The notes beneath the pieces were generated by a model. It was given only the letters and a program-made list of their open reading frames with translations, was not told the origin of the DNA and ran no database searches. A DNA stretch of 64,000 nucleotides from Perkinsus chesapeaki ATCC PRA-425 (Eukaryota; Protista; Perkinsozoa). The stretch is from contig JAAPAO010000019.1 of NCBI GenBank assembly GCA_013115145.1, positions 62,001 through 126,000 on the forward strand, in the 5' to 3' direction. Shown piece after piece: positions 48,101-60,050 of the stretch. Each line of letters begins with the position of its first letter. Positions within the stretch are counted from its first letter, which is position 1. The position numbers and the translations under genes are program-made.

Positions 48101-51100
48101 GGAGCGGTAAGAGAGAAGGAGCGTCGGAAGGCATTCTCATCTCAACGGCAACGTTGATAATCACTCGTCGGGTAAACGCATCTGCCATAGCTATTCAAGC
48201 TGTAGCCACTAGTTCATTAGTCATATTGAGAATGTCATCTGATAACGTTTATGGTAAATTGCCATTGGTGATACATGTGGACCATAAGACCAGAAGTTCT
48301 GGTCCAGATCGCACTCTGGCGTCCCTGGCCTTTGGCGTGGGGTGCCCAGTGCTCTCACTCGAGAATAGCCTCGTTCTGTTTTTGAATCATGCTTGCTCCT
48401 TCAGGTACTCTATTCTAAAAGAGGAGAAAAACGTTCTGCAGGGGGGTAAGTTGCTGTGAGGCAGAGAGGCGCGCAAAGTTTGGATGGCAGAGTATGAAGA
48501 GAAGCTCCGGGGAGTTTTGGAGGCGCAAAAAAGTGAAGCGCAGCAGGTTGAGACGAGCTATCAAGAAAAGATAGTTGCCAAAGTCACCAAGTTGGTCAGC
48601 TAGGGTTTCTGATAGTGTTTATGGCTCTATCGCTACGAGGTACCAGCAGCTGGCGTACAAGAGGCATGAGGATCATAGAAAATGGAAGGCGATGCATAAG
48701 GAGCTCTTGGATATGCACGAGAGAAAAGTCGCAGATTTAAGAGATCAGTAAGCGTGCGCTCGACTCGGTGGCTATAGCATCGCTGCCAATCGTTAACGAA
48801 CCCGGAGCGGTTTGGCGCACAATCAAAACTTGTTTGCTTTCTAGACTTAACCTCTTGAAGGAGCATATGTATCTGATTTCAATCTGCGGAGTATGAAAAT
48901 GAAATATCCATATGGCCCTTCCTGGCCTGTTCTGTGTTTCTTTGCTGTAGACGTGTAATTCATTCTATTAATGTGTTGTCCGAAAGTGTGAGTTTAATTT
49001 ATATTTCCGGGGGAGCATGCGTGAAATATGAAGTAGCTGGTTGATTTTGAAGATACCAGGATCATGAGGCTAGAGACCAGCAGCATAAGCAACAAGTCGA
49101 CGATGAAAGGGCGTTGGCCATGAAGGTATGTAGAATGGCAACTTGACAGTTTATGGGCTGATAAGGTTCATGGAGAGACGGTACGGCAGCTAGAGCAAGA
49201 TGCAGCTGGGGAAGTTCGAGATTTGAGGAAACAGTAAGGCTCATTCACTTTAAACGGTCGTTGGAATTGGGCGTCTCAATTTGATTTGGGTAGTACCGAA
49301 AAGCTGCCCATAGATACGAGCAGATGCTATCGTACGAGAGGGATGATAAAGTGAAACTAAGGGGAGAGGCGGGCATTCATAGAAAACACCATGAAGATCT
49401 AAAAAAGCAAATGATTAAGAAAGAAGAGGAGATTAGAGGTATATACATGAGAGCTGAAACATTTCGAAATTAACAGGGAACCTACTATTTGTTGGGCGCG
49501 CGCACACAATAATCCGGCACGCATGCACAAAGGTGGACCATAGTACGACCCCTGCTCTTTTCTAGTTCTAAACACGCCTCCGGACGTGGGAAACGGTTGC
49601 GCCTTATGTCTACCCGTTCAGTACTTCCCCTCTATTATTGACAGGCCCGGTTCATTGGTGTGAGCCGCGGCGTGTGACTGTTTATAGCCATTCCATCTGA
49701 TGGGATAGTTACTCTTTGCCTAGGCATCAGCCATAAGAAACGGTAATTAATGTAGCTTTGAAGATTTGATCTTCACTAAGGCAGAGGCAATCCAGCTTAA
49801 CTGACTTGGCCAATACCGAAGTTTCTAGCTATCAGTTGCCCGATTGCTAGAGAACGCCGCTCGATCAGGCCAACAAGAGGAGGCGGGCAGAAGGCAGGAC
49901 CGAATTGACGAGCTGATGGCCGCGCGGGAGAAGACGCTGAAAGATATTAAAGAGCAGGATAAAATGATAGGGGAGAAGGAGCATAAAATATACGACTTGA
50001 AGAAACAGAATCAAGAGCTGGAGAAGTTTAAATTTGTGATGACAGCCGCGCGCCGTGTGAGGTCGATCTGAATCTCCCAATGCAGATTCTGGATCATAAA
50101 ATAAAAGAGCTGAAAGAGCAAGTAGGACCGAAGGATCACGCCATTGCTGAGATGAAGAAGCAAATCTCTGACATGGATCACGATCTGGAGGAGTGCTCAT
50201 GATAGGAATACAGGACATCGCATTTATGCTTGGGCAGATACCACAAGCAGAATAAGCATCTTATGGAAGATATAAAACAGATGAGAATTCGGCAGAAGGA
50301 GCTTCAAGAGGAGGTCGTTCGTAATCGGCAGAAGCTATCAGACTTGCGGAGAGTGTCGGCAGCGTTCAAAACGGATCTGTATCACACTACTCAGCACATA
50401 CTGGTGAGCAAGGGTGGGTTTGGGTGCAGCTGGAGAAGGCTCGCTCATAGGAGCCAGTGAAGCTTCGCGAAAGCTTCACGGCTCTCGCAAAAAAGTATGC
50501 GGGAGTTAGCGGGGAGGATGAGGCACCAAAAGACGATGACAAGAAAGGAGAGGATGTGCCTGAATTGAGCGACGACATAATGAACGTAGGTATCCCATAT
50601 TGTCATGTTAGTTGTCCATAGTAGTTCTTACTTAGTACTTTTGTGATGCTAATATCTCACCGAATTACATTCAATATCTTGCTTTATGCTGTTTTTGTGT
50701 TTCTGTCACACCGTGTGTTTCATACTAAAGGTACCTTCTGTCAAGGGAGATTAGCAACTCTATAATAAAACCAGACCACAGATAGGAGCACTAAAACGTT
50801 CGTGTACGGACACTAGCACTGCGCACACCGTTATTTGTTATTTTTTGTGGGGCCTACTCCGACTTTCCTAGCCCCCCTGATTATTGTGACTGTCGCTGTA
50901 TTTGCATTATGTAGGAATACGAACGTCAAAGAGGCCACCTCGAGGCGAAAGTGAATAAGTTGAAACGTCGACTGGAGAGTGACGCTGCGGCTCGGAAGAA
51001 AGAAAACGCGAAGATTATGGGAGTAACATAGCGACCAGATCCGTTGCATATTTGTTGACCCTGTGGTGGCATCAGGAAAATATCGCTCTTCTGAGAGAAA

Positions 51101-51469
51101 TAGGCGAGCTACGTAAGAACTTACAAACATTAGAGCTTGAGAGGCAAGAGAAGAAGCTCGGTGTGTCTGGGCGCGGGGCATCGAGCACAAGAGGGAGACC
51201 GGCGGGTAGGCCTCGTGATTGCCGTTTTGTACTTGTCAACTTGTATGGGAATTCTTTGCTGCTTTATTCGGAATTCGATAATGGCAGGTTTGCAGAAGCA
51301 ATCTGAAGCTGCAAGAAAAGCAGCGAAGTACGCTAAAGAAATCGAGGAGAATAGGCAGACCATCGCTGAGCTTCGAGAGAAGATAAAACTAGTTCAAGAT
51401 GCCAAACATCATCAGGCGGAGCGAAGCGAGACAGGTTCTTTTACAGAGAATGACATGAAAGACCAATAG
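42107..51469 (+). CDS. CFAP57: Cilia- and flagella-associated protein 57 (WDR65): WD40 repeats plus a long coiled coil, many exons
   Basis: YAFGIRPDLNNG|VHFVDDRHVVYAVGNNI, WLAVAER, FHTGPIYGMDICPRRPIIATCG, FHPSGLQALVGFVDRLRLM, CRECRFSNGGHLFAAANG, LKGHNNRV, LFTCGEDG, YSEEVLVTK, KIYDLKKQNQELEKFKFV|LDHKIKELK. Confidence 0.9.
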
Positions 51470-51739
51470 TGATTGTCGAGTGTTCCGGGTTCACGTAATT
51501 TGGGATGATCTCATGTGGTGTTGTTAATTGACGTACCCGTATTTGAAGGACGCTCGGATGCCAATAAATTCCAGTGGTGCCTCGTACACGTAGAATGCTT
51601 CTCATCACAAGCTGACGGCTAGCTTATGTGGCATGAGTTATGTCCCCTCCTGTTTCCATTCCTACTGTAGCGTATAATTATTTCGGAAATTCACGAATAG
51701 TGCGTCAGCTGCAGAGTATCGAAAGGTTTCAGTGGGTCC

Positions 51740-54700
51740 ACTCGTAGCCGTCCAGGAAACCAGACGAGCCGACACTTGCCGTTTTCTCTTTCGAGCTTTA
51801 CCAGGCGTGTTTTGAATGTTTTCGACACCAGCAGCGACAGGCTCGGCCGAGCATCACAGCAACGGAAACGTTCTCATCTCAGACTTCGGGTGACCATACG
51901 GTGCTCCCTGGTGCTCCCTATTGTGCACTCGTTTAGACCCTCCCCAATAACCCCTGGAGAAGGCTTTCATCCTGCTTTACGTGAACACGTATGCGCCCCC
52001 TCCAATGCGGATGATACTACAGTATTTGACACTGGACCTGATGATGGCGGAGATAGCCTTCGGGCATCCTCCTCTATTCTTACAACCAGCTTTCCAGGTG
52101 GAGATACTGCATCGGCTCTGGTGAGTTCTTCCGACACTTGCCCTCTCTTGAGCCGCAGGAGCTCGACCACGGTCTGGGGCCGTATGGTAGCTTGTTCTGA
52201 GGGAGCTTTTCCAGCGTTAAATTTACCAAGCTGTCTTTCAAGAGCCTCATTTCTGACCAGATTGCCGCTGAGGAGCTCAGCACTCTCCACAGCTTGGTGG
52301 CTAAGAAAGCGGCTGATGTGAGCGCCCGAGAGAGAAGCCTACTGCACAGGCAGAGTGCAATGGGGGCTGAGATAATGAAAGCACAGCAGATGATACAGGA
52401 GCTGGCAGCGCGCCTTATCCTGGATGCCCAAGGATTACTCAATTCAACCTCGGCGAAGCTCACAAAGCGGGTAAGGCCCGTGAAGCTTCCGTATCCTTTA
52501 ACCATTTTTTAACAGTTGGAGGGCCTTCTAGGGCGGGTGAGTAGCATGGTGAAAGAAGCTCGACTGTCGGCAGCGGATCGACGAGAGAGAGACTTGGCGA
52601 GCGCTGCGATGAAAGAGGAACTCAAGTCGTTGAAGTCGCGGATTGTGTCTTACAAATCGGCGTCCAACTCAGCCCGGGAGGAGTGCGACAGGCTTAAAAA
52701 GGCATTCGGAGAAATGTCGTCAGAAGGCGAGGTAACGGTACTGCCCTGCTCGGAGACATCTCTTGCTACAATTGCCCTCCCGCACTTCGTCCGCTTTATT
52801 CGGCATCGTGGATGTCGTGCAATCGAAACGGCGATTAAGTTATCAAGATGTTATCTTGTTATTAAGTACCACTACTGTAGTGGTCCTTGATAACAAGATA
52901 ACGTGTAGTGGCACTACCTACGTGATGATGTATCATCCTCACTAAGCTACATGAACATGCAAAACTGTGATGTATGTTGATATTCAGATGGCGCGTAATC
53001 AGGCATCGGCATCTCAACCCTCTCCACCACAATCGAGTGCTGTAGAAGTACAGGCTCTGAAGGCAAGAATAGCAACACTTAAAACTGCCGCGGGTGCCGC
53101 TAAGGATGAATGCCAGAGACTGAAGGGTCGTCTTGAGGAGGCCAAAGCGGTAGGTTGTTAGGTTGGGTGTCTGTACGGAATGTCGTGAAGCTTACGGTGA
53201 AAGTATCAATAGAGGCTAACAGCTTGTACTGATAGCACCACGTGCCTACTGTACATGGCAAGTTGTCATTGGTAACTATTCGAAGTGGCTGCCATACTGA
53301 GCCTCGATAGCATCGACTCGATAACTCAGATTTTTATATATTTCAATATCATATCTTTATATAATTTATTAATATATTTATATTAGAACCTGTATATTAT
53401 CAATTATTATAGATTATTATTTATATAATACTGCATGCACTAGTTAATAATATGTACTGTTAATATATAATATATAGCATGCAGTATCTAATATTATCAG
53501 TTATAAACACTTGTACTCGTTCGGGGCTGTCCAAGCTTTCCTAGCATTTTAGATGCATGCCCCCTCTGATAGTTTATTAGTCGACTCGACTGCTATATGT
53601 ACCCATTGTGGTGTCGCTCATTGGCACTGCTCCCTGAATTGAGTCCACTCATATATCATTAGGAAGCCGACAGGGCGAGCTCAACCCAGATGAAACTACG
53701 GAAAAAAGTCGCCGAACTGGAGGCTCAGAACAGAGCTGTAAGGGACGAGATTGTAGAGGTGGAGCATAGAGCAGCGGAGCATAGCCTAGCTGAGGTCCCG
53801 CACTTCAAGGGACCGCACTCTCGTCTACTTCATTAGCAGGTTGAGAGGCTCACCCGCCATTTGGATGGTCTGGAAAATGAAAATCAGCGACTCAGATTCT
53901 CTGTCGAGGAGCTTCAGCGGAGGCACGATGAGGTGATTGTCAACCCTTAAAAAGTTGCCCGAGAAATACTACTGCTACTCCTACTATTACTGCTGCATTT
54001 GCGCTCGATCTATCAGCCCCTGATAACCGGTAGCTGATGAATGGTCAGTGACCATTGGTCACTGATGTGTGTGTGTGTGAGTTTATAGTCCAACGCCGAA
54101 AATTGGCTTAGTTAGACTATCCATTCCATGTGCAGCTTCAGAGCGAGAGTTTAATGCCTATACTGTCAGTGACCTATATTAGTCACTGATAATCAGTTCT
54201 AGAGCGACCTTTGTTCTTATCATCACAAAAGTGTAGTGCTCTCTCGAAAGGAAATGGTTATGCAACTGCATTTGTACTTATTGAATAATCACAAGACGTG
54301 GCGGGGATCTGAAAGGCTTCTCCTGTCAGGCTTCCCAGCAGCCGCCTCATATGGTATCTACGGCCACATCACCGGCAGCAGCTTCCAGGGACAAGCGAGA
54401 AGATTCCCCCCGATTGCTCCATGGAGTGTCTCTGTTCGAGGCATCCTTTGCCGAAGATTCAACAAGTAGCTGGCACGCTCGACTATATTCTTCACTCGTA
54501 TCATTATCTGGTCAGATTCGAGGGGCACAACATCACTTACTTTGCTAACTACGTCTTTGCCGCACTTCAATCACAACGCCGCAGCAGCAATCGGAGCGCT
54601 GATTGTTCTAACATCATCTGAGATGGATGCTGCCCTTCTATCGAAGGTCGCGTCTGTCATAAATCGAGCCATCACTTCACGCTTATGCCCTCGGAGAGGG

Positions 54701-55375
54701 TCAGAGGCAGACATGGAATATGGCCCGATGGAGCTGCACAGGCCTGTGTCTATAATCGAACGAGCAAAGCGCCGAATGTTACAGCAACGACTTGGTCCCT
54801 CTCTAAGTGTAACTCGGCAGCCATCTCGGACCACTTCAAGGGACGCCACTGTGGAGAGCCCAATCGATGTTCTACAGTATGCCACGGGGTCCCCTGATGC
54901 TCGGCGAGTTACACTAGCTGCCCTTAGCCATCTTAACATGCCTGAAGACGACAGCGCCAGGATGAGGCTCTTCACAGATGCAGGCCTTCAGGAGTTCATA
55001 GCGGCGGTCATGGCCGACCAGGTCGAGGATCCTGCCTGTCAGGCTGTGGCCGTCGCTCTGGGCACAAGATCAATCGTTAAGCGTGCAGAGGACAGGCTGA
55101 GTGCCCAATCCTCTATGAAAGCGGATGTATGGGGACTGCTGGTCCTACTGACCGTGAAATATGATATAACGGCATTGCAGAGCTCACTAACAGTGACCGA
55201 CAAGGTAGCTCGCAATCTAACCACGGAGATTCTGAGAACTCTTATCGAGTCGTCGGTGACAAGTGATTTCTCCAGGAGAATATTAAGCGGAATTCTGAAC
55301 GTTGATGCTACTTTATTGCAGCCACTAAGGAGTTCTATAATGGACCTCCTTGCTGTAGTGGATACGACGGAATAA
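51740..55375 (+). CDS. Large hypothetical protein: coiled-coil middle and helical C-terminal domain; multi-exon; start approximate
   Basis: Exons with GT-AG boundaries: IAAEELSTLHSLVAKK, LEGLLGRVSSMVKEARL..REECDRLKK, VQALKARIATLK, KLRKKVAELEAQNR, VERLTRHLDGLENENQRL; terminal exon to 55375. Confidence 0.5.
53331..53510. other. AT-rich island (29 G+C in 180 nt, ~84% AT) with an 11-bp inverted repeat, inside an intron
   Basis: Counted directly; ATACTGCATGC (53428-53438) and GCATGCAGTAT (53477-53487). Confidence 0.9.
54045..54189. repeat. Two related hairpins sharing TCAGTGAC/GTCACTGA arms
   Basis: TCAGTGACCA-T-TGGTCACTGA (54045-54065) and TCAGTGAC-CTATATTA-GTCACTGA (54166-54189). Confidence 0.9.
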
Positions 55376-56204
55376 TCTGATGAAGGCACGCGGTTTCTGA
55401 AGCATCTGCTGTATTCAATCGGTCGAACCATTACTCATTGAACGGCTGTACGATTTGGTTGACGCATACTTCTACCTTTCACACTTCATACCATCATTTC
55501 TAATTATATCGCAATTGTGTTCGCTGGTGTAAGATTCAGTAAGCCCGGCCGCGGGATATAGCTATTCGAGACTCACACCCCCCATACGACAGAACTCCAG
55601 TCGCCGAATCTGTAGATGATATGGGGCTTTTGACACAGCTTGTATAGTGGCATAATAGAGCTACTGAATAGACTAGCATAGATCGCATAACCTTAAACAG
55701 GCAGAATCGTTGTGCTTCGCGATAAGATCGTCACTTACACAGAAAACTTGAGATTGGCATGATTGTTAGTCCAAGCATCGAGGTCTCGTATATATTGGAA
55801 GAGGCCGTAGGGTTCTTAAGCGTCTAACACACCGTGCGTTGAGATGTTTCTATTGATTACTTTGCTAAGGCTGAGTGAAGGCTTGCTCCAAGTCAAATTA
55901 AAATCATCAATCTCATATCCAGCAGTATTCCATCACAAAAGGGACTCCCTATCGAAAAGCACCGGTGCAAACCTACACTCCAGCTTGGTATAGTCATTCT
56001 TGGTTTTCTAGTCTTAGTGTGATAAAAAGAGAATTCGATTGGTGCTGCAATGTTGCACTATTAGACCCGCTCGATCATAGACTAAAGATTTCAAACAAGA
56101 ATCAGCCACGACGCGTTGCGGTTTTCTCGAAGCAACAAGTTTCCTTTTCCGATAGGTGATGCTGTTGCGTTGGGCAGTTATTACGTTGACAGTTTCGTTT
56201 GTAT

Positions 56205-59100
56205 ATGGCAGCACTTCGAAGGCTCTCTCAGGCATTTCAAGTTTTCAATCGTGCCGAGGGCACAGAGGTGAGTAGCAATCGAAGCGAACGATAAATCAAT
56301 ATTGCAATACGTGTAGGAAGCCCGCGACAGTAGAGGTGATGAGCGAGCCGGTAGAGCAGTGTTGGCAAGTAGACATTGAAAACATGTATAACAGGTGAAA
56401 AGAATATATCTCTGGACGAGACAACAGCAGCTGACGTGAAGATCCAAAGAGGAGGACGGAGGTTCTCGCAAGTTCAAGTTGCTAATCGACGAGCTGTAGG
56501 GTAGGCTCCAGAGGAGCTTCGAGAGTATGGGTGTCAGATAATGCCCACTGTCCGTTCCAGTGGTATAAGTGCGATGCTCAGTTCCAGCACGACAAGCGAT
56601 GGTAACAAAAATCTTAGGAGCCGGAATATACGGGGCTCAGTTGCAGCTGAGCTTGCGTAAGTGCGCCAGGAATATGGTTCGGAAGTATCCCTCAGGCAGA
56701 GAGTTGCTGCGGCACGCGTCGTTGCGGGGACAGAGGAGGATCGTCCGGCGTCGGGAGGCTTTGCTCGGCAATTCTTTAATGTACGATCGATTTACTTGTT
56801 CTTGAATTTCTTCACTTTTCAGCCAACTCAATCGAACTCCTTCAACATGAAGATGGTTCGGATTATTGGAACCGTATTGGTGAGTCATCGGCGAGAGTTC
56901 ATCCTATTATTATGAGTGTGAATTCATTTTGCCATTGTATTGCCAAGTGCTCTACCACTTGTAAGACAGGTACTTTGCATCATGACTGGCAGTGGACTCG
57001 TTATTTCGACCAATCTGCACTACACCGCCACAGCTGAAAGACAACGAGATATTTTCCTGCGGGATGGTCTTGCCCCGCGGATAACCGCCGAAATACAGGT
57101 ATGCCAGCACTAGGCGTATGGAGCTTCATTCCAACCTGCAATTGGTATATGCTAGAGGTCATGGTTAAACACACTACCCCTGTATCCTCGTTATGGTGGT
57201 TTATGCTCAGGCTTGGTTAGAAACAGCCATGCAAGTGCGGGATGCTATCCATTGGAGTATATTAAAACAAATATATACCGAAGAGTTCGACTACGGTGCG
57301 CGAATGGGAAAGAAAGTGGAATCCTCCCCTAGTGGGCTTTAAGACGTGACACTTGTTCGTGGCTGCAATAAGCCGACCAGAAGTGTCAACCGTAGCTGGC
57401 GATATGGCGATTCTACCGTTATGCTTGAGCATTGAACTTAACAAATACACCCCTCCGCATGAATTTCGCTCATGTCCCTTCTGTTCATGCGAATTTTGTA
57501 GTCTCTGTTGTAGAGGGCTATGGCAATACTCAGCTCAGAATAACCCCGAAGTTTGAGATGTAAACCCTCGTTGGTGATTGTGAACTAGGAAAGCCCCCTT
57601 TAACTTCTCCACACATTATTTGTATGATTTTGGCTACCTACTTCTCATAGGGAGCTGCTCTTAAGTGTATGAATACAGCACGGCGGGGTTAACCATGTCC
57701 AGCGGCAATTTTTATGAGTCTCTGGGAAAGGCGTTCGGGGGCGATAAGTTAGTCTTAGGTATGATCCGGAGGCTCGTTGAACCGTTCTTCGGCCGCGTGG
57801 AGGGCCTCATGTCCATCGAGCTTGCTTTCTCGAACTCTCCTCATATAGTATCAGTAACTATTTCGCAAGGATCATGCATGTCCATGCGTGGACAGGTTAG
57901 AGCGATCGAAGGAGCGGATGGAAAGACGAAAGATATTCTGCTGCAAAGCGATGCACCTTCTTGCTTCTCGATCGGCTCCCTGGGATGTCTACAACGCAGC
58001 GAAGCTTTCGATGCTCACTCAACTGCCTGGTATGAAATAGGTAACCCGACCTCCTCTTTGCTGATGCACCATTAGAGCAGCCAGGGTCTTCGCTTAATGA
58101 GTCTGATGTGCTCTCGAGCTCCGTTGAAGCTGCCACACTATGGGCAGGGCCCACAATTCGACCGGATAACGAAAATCAATTTCTGATTCCCGTATACACA
58201 GTGAGTGTTGCTTGGAACTTGAATGCTTTTTCGAGTTTCTCGTGAGTAGATGATATGGAAGAGCACATTCCCGGGTGTTGTGGGCGAACCCTTCTTGGTG
58301 GGTAGAGCCACTATCGACGTACGAGACTTGTCCACCTTGCTCCTCGACAAGACGCTCGTCGAAGGTGGCATTGACCGGGTGTATCTTACTACAAGGGAAG
58401 GGACCGTAGTGGCGGCAAGGCAGTCATTGTCGTCCTATGTGAGCTTCAGTGATGAAGATAGAACCATTGGGCTGAAGCGCGTATGGGAGGTGAGTGGGTT
58501 TACTTGGATTTCTTGCTCCAATTATGTAGCTGTATGCTTGGCTAAATTACGTGGTGACACTTCACGCACCGAGTGCCCGTGTACCAGCGGGCCTCCAGTC
58601 ATTAGTATGACTGTCACTAGTGACAGTCATTAGTGACCTCCACTGCAGGTATCTTCCCACCTAAAGCAGCTCACCGAGTACGACTACTCGGATGTGTACC
58701 AGAGTGCGAACGACGGAGCTGCTGTGCCACAGCTTGTGACTCTGTCTAGTGGAGCCTGTGTTATCCATCCCTTCCCATCTACTTCGAGTACAGGGATTGC
58801 CTTCGCTCTGGTCGCCTTTTCGGAGGTCGATCCATTCGTTGATCCTACCATGGCAGGCTTGCTAGTCTCGTGTGTGGTAAGTAACAACATGTCAAGATCT
58901 TCTTGGTTCGCCTTACCCCTTGCTCACTTCTTGCTCCTATTGGCACTCCTCAGATTTCTTCCCTCGTACCGTATGGTTTGACCTTAGCGTTGACAGTAAT
59001 TCTTGTTCTTCGTCAAAGAGCAATCGATCGTCGTGCGGATCAAAGGTATAACATTCATGGCGAGCGCAGGAACTTATGTTTTCCAGACGGCGGGAAGTAA
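56205..59100 (+). CDS. Two-TM membrane protein with a probable extracellular Cache-like sensor domain, multi-exon
   Basis: TM1 MVRIIGTVL|VLCIMTGSGLVIST; AFDAHSTAWYEIG (cf. the Cache YDPRxRPWY motif); VGRATIDVRDLSTLLLDKTLVEGGIDRVYLTTREGTVVAA (cf. the Cache G-D-L-L / GxxxA strand); TM2 TMAGLLVSCV|ISSLVPYGLTLALTVILVL; short tail to TAA at 59098-59100. Confidence 0.55.
58607..58630. repeat. Perfect 24-bp palindrome in an intron
   Basis: ATGACTGTCACTAGTGACAGTCAT; the direct repeat CAGTCATTAGT occurs at 58596-58606 and 58624-58634. Confidence 0.9.
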
Positions 59101-59219
59101 TCGAAGCACATATCGCATTAGCGGCAGTCAAGTCACGAACCCGGCCAGGACATTCAATGTTGTCATAGCATATAATTTCATAAGTGTTATTTTCCTTGCT
59201 ACGGAACTGATTTGTATTT

Positions 59220-60050
59220 TAGTCGAGGATCCCCACAGGCAATCCTACAATTATATTCTCCGGACGTGGAATCCGGTATACCCATCGGGACCACATGGAT
59301 ATACATCTCTAACTTCTCCACGGATCACTATGCGTGTCATAGAGCTCGGGGTGGGCCGAAAAAACAGAGAGGACGCACCACAACAACAGCACACCGCAAT
59401 GAAACCGCCAACAACGTGCAACCTGACGCGAATGCTAAACTAACTCGTGATGAGGTATTTACATGAATCCTTCATGAGAAGCAACAAGTCGACCCCCTGC
59501 TGTCGGGTAAGGCAACTGATGATGAGGAGGCGCTGGAAACCAAGCATCCTCCTCAGGATCGTAATATTCCACGAGCGAGGTGGGACCGTGAAGGCCAGTA
59601 TTACCACCCGCCGCATACCTGAATAGAATTGGGACACAGTTGCACAGGGACAGTTCCCAACTTACACAAAGCCATTGGCTAAAGTCGCCACGCCCAGCCC
59701 AAAACGACCAAGAGACAACGGGGCGGCAGAAGATCATAGGCCCGTCTCGAGGTCGTATCTACTAAAATAATGAGACTCCTCGTGGTAGGTGAACTGATTA
59801 GATCGTCCTCCCATAACAAGTATGTGGGGAACTGCTTCCGAATGGTAAAAGAACCTGCCTTGAATGCACTGATGACCACCATAGGAGGGGCAAATGACTT
59901 TGTAATGGGCCCATCTACAACTTCGACAGGAAACGCTTCTTTCAGCACATCTAACTTTGCTTGCATGTTATAGTCAGTCCATGCGAGGGACTCTTATTGG
60001 CATCGAGGGACGTACTCGGAATCAGATGATGTTCTCCGAGACATGTCTAG
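59220..60050 (-). pseudogene. Kelch-repeat (probably BTB-BACK-Kelch) gene with an in-frame TGA at 59734-59736; boundaries approximate
   Basis: HILVMGGRSNQ..SRYDLETGL-TGA-SSAAPLSLGRFGLGVATLANGFV|YAAGGNTG..SLVEYYDPEEDAWFPAPP..FM|LHVVGG: two canonical Kelch repeats with the stop at the conserved Trp of the first. Upstream SLAWTDYNMQAKLDVLKEAFP is BACK-like. Confidence 0.6.

Noticed and set aside
51967-52290. 107-aa minus-strand ORF that reads like a protein
   Set aside because: Overlaps plus-strand exons with good GT-AG boundaries that splice in frame (EILHRLW|SSTTVWGRM|IAAEELS); treated as a shadow ORF.
56656-56694. Apparent in-frame TAA in the Cache-like gene (ELA-TAA-VRQEY)
   Set aside because: Explained by a 39-nt intron GTAAGT...CCCTCAG that restores ELAQRVAAA; no recoding needed.
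58937-59131. Minus-strand ORF overlapping the last exon of the Cache-like gene (ECYTFDPHDD looks Kelch-like)
   Set aside because: The Kelch gene appears to stop near 59220, and the plus-strand exon encodes a convincing TM helix; treated as an antisense shadow.
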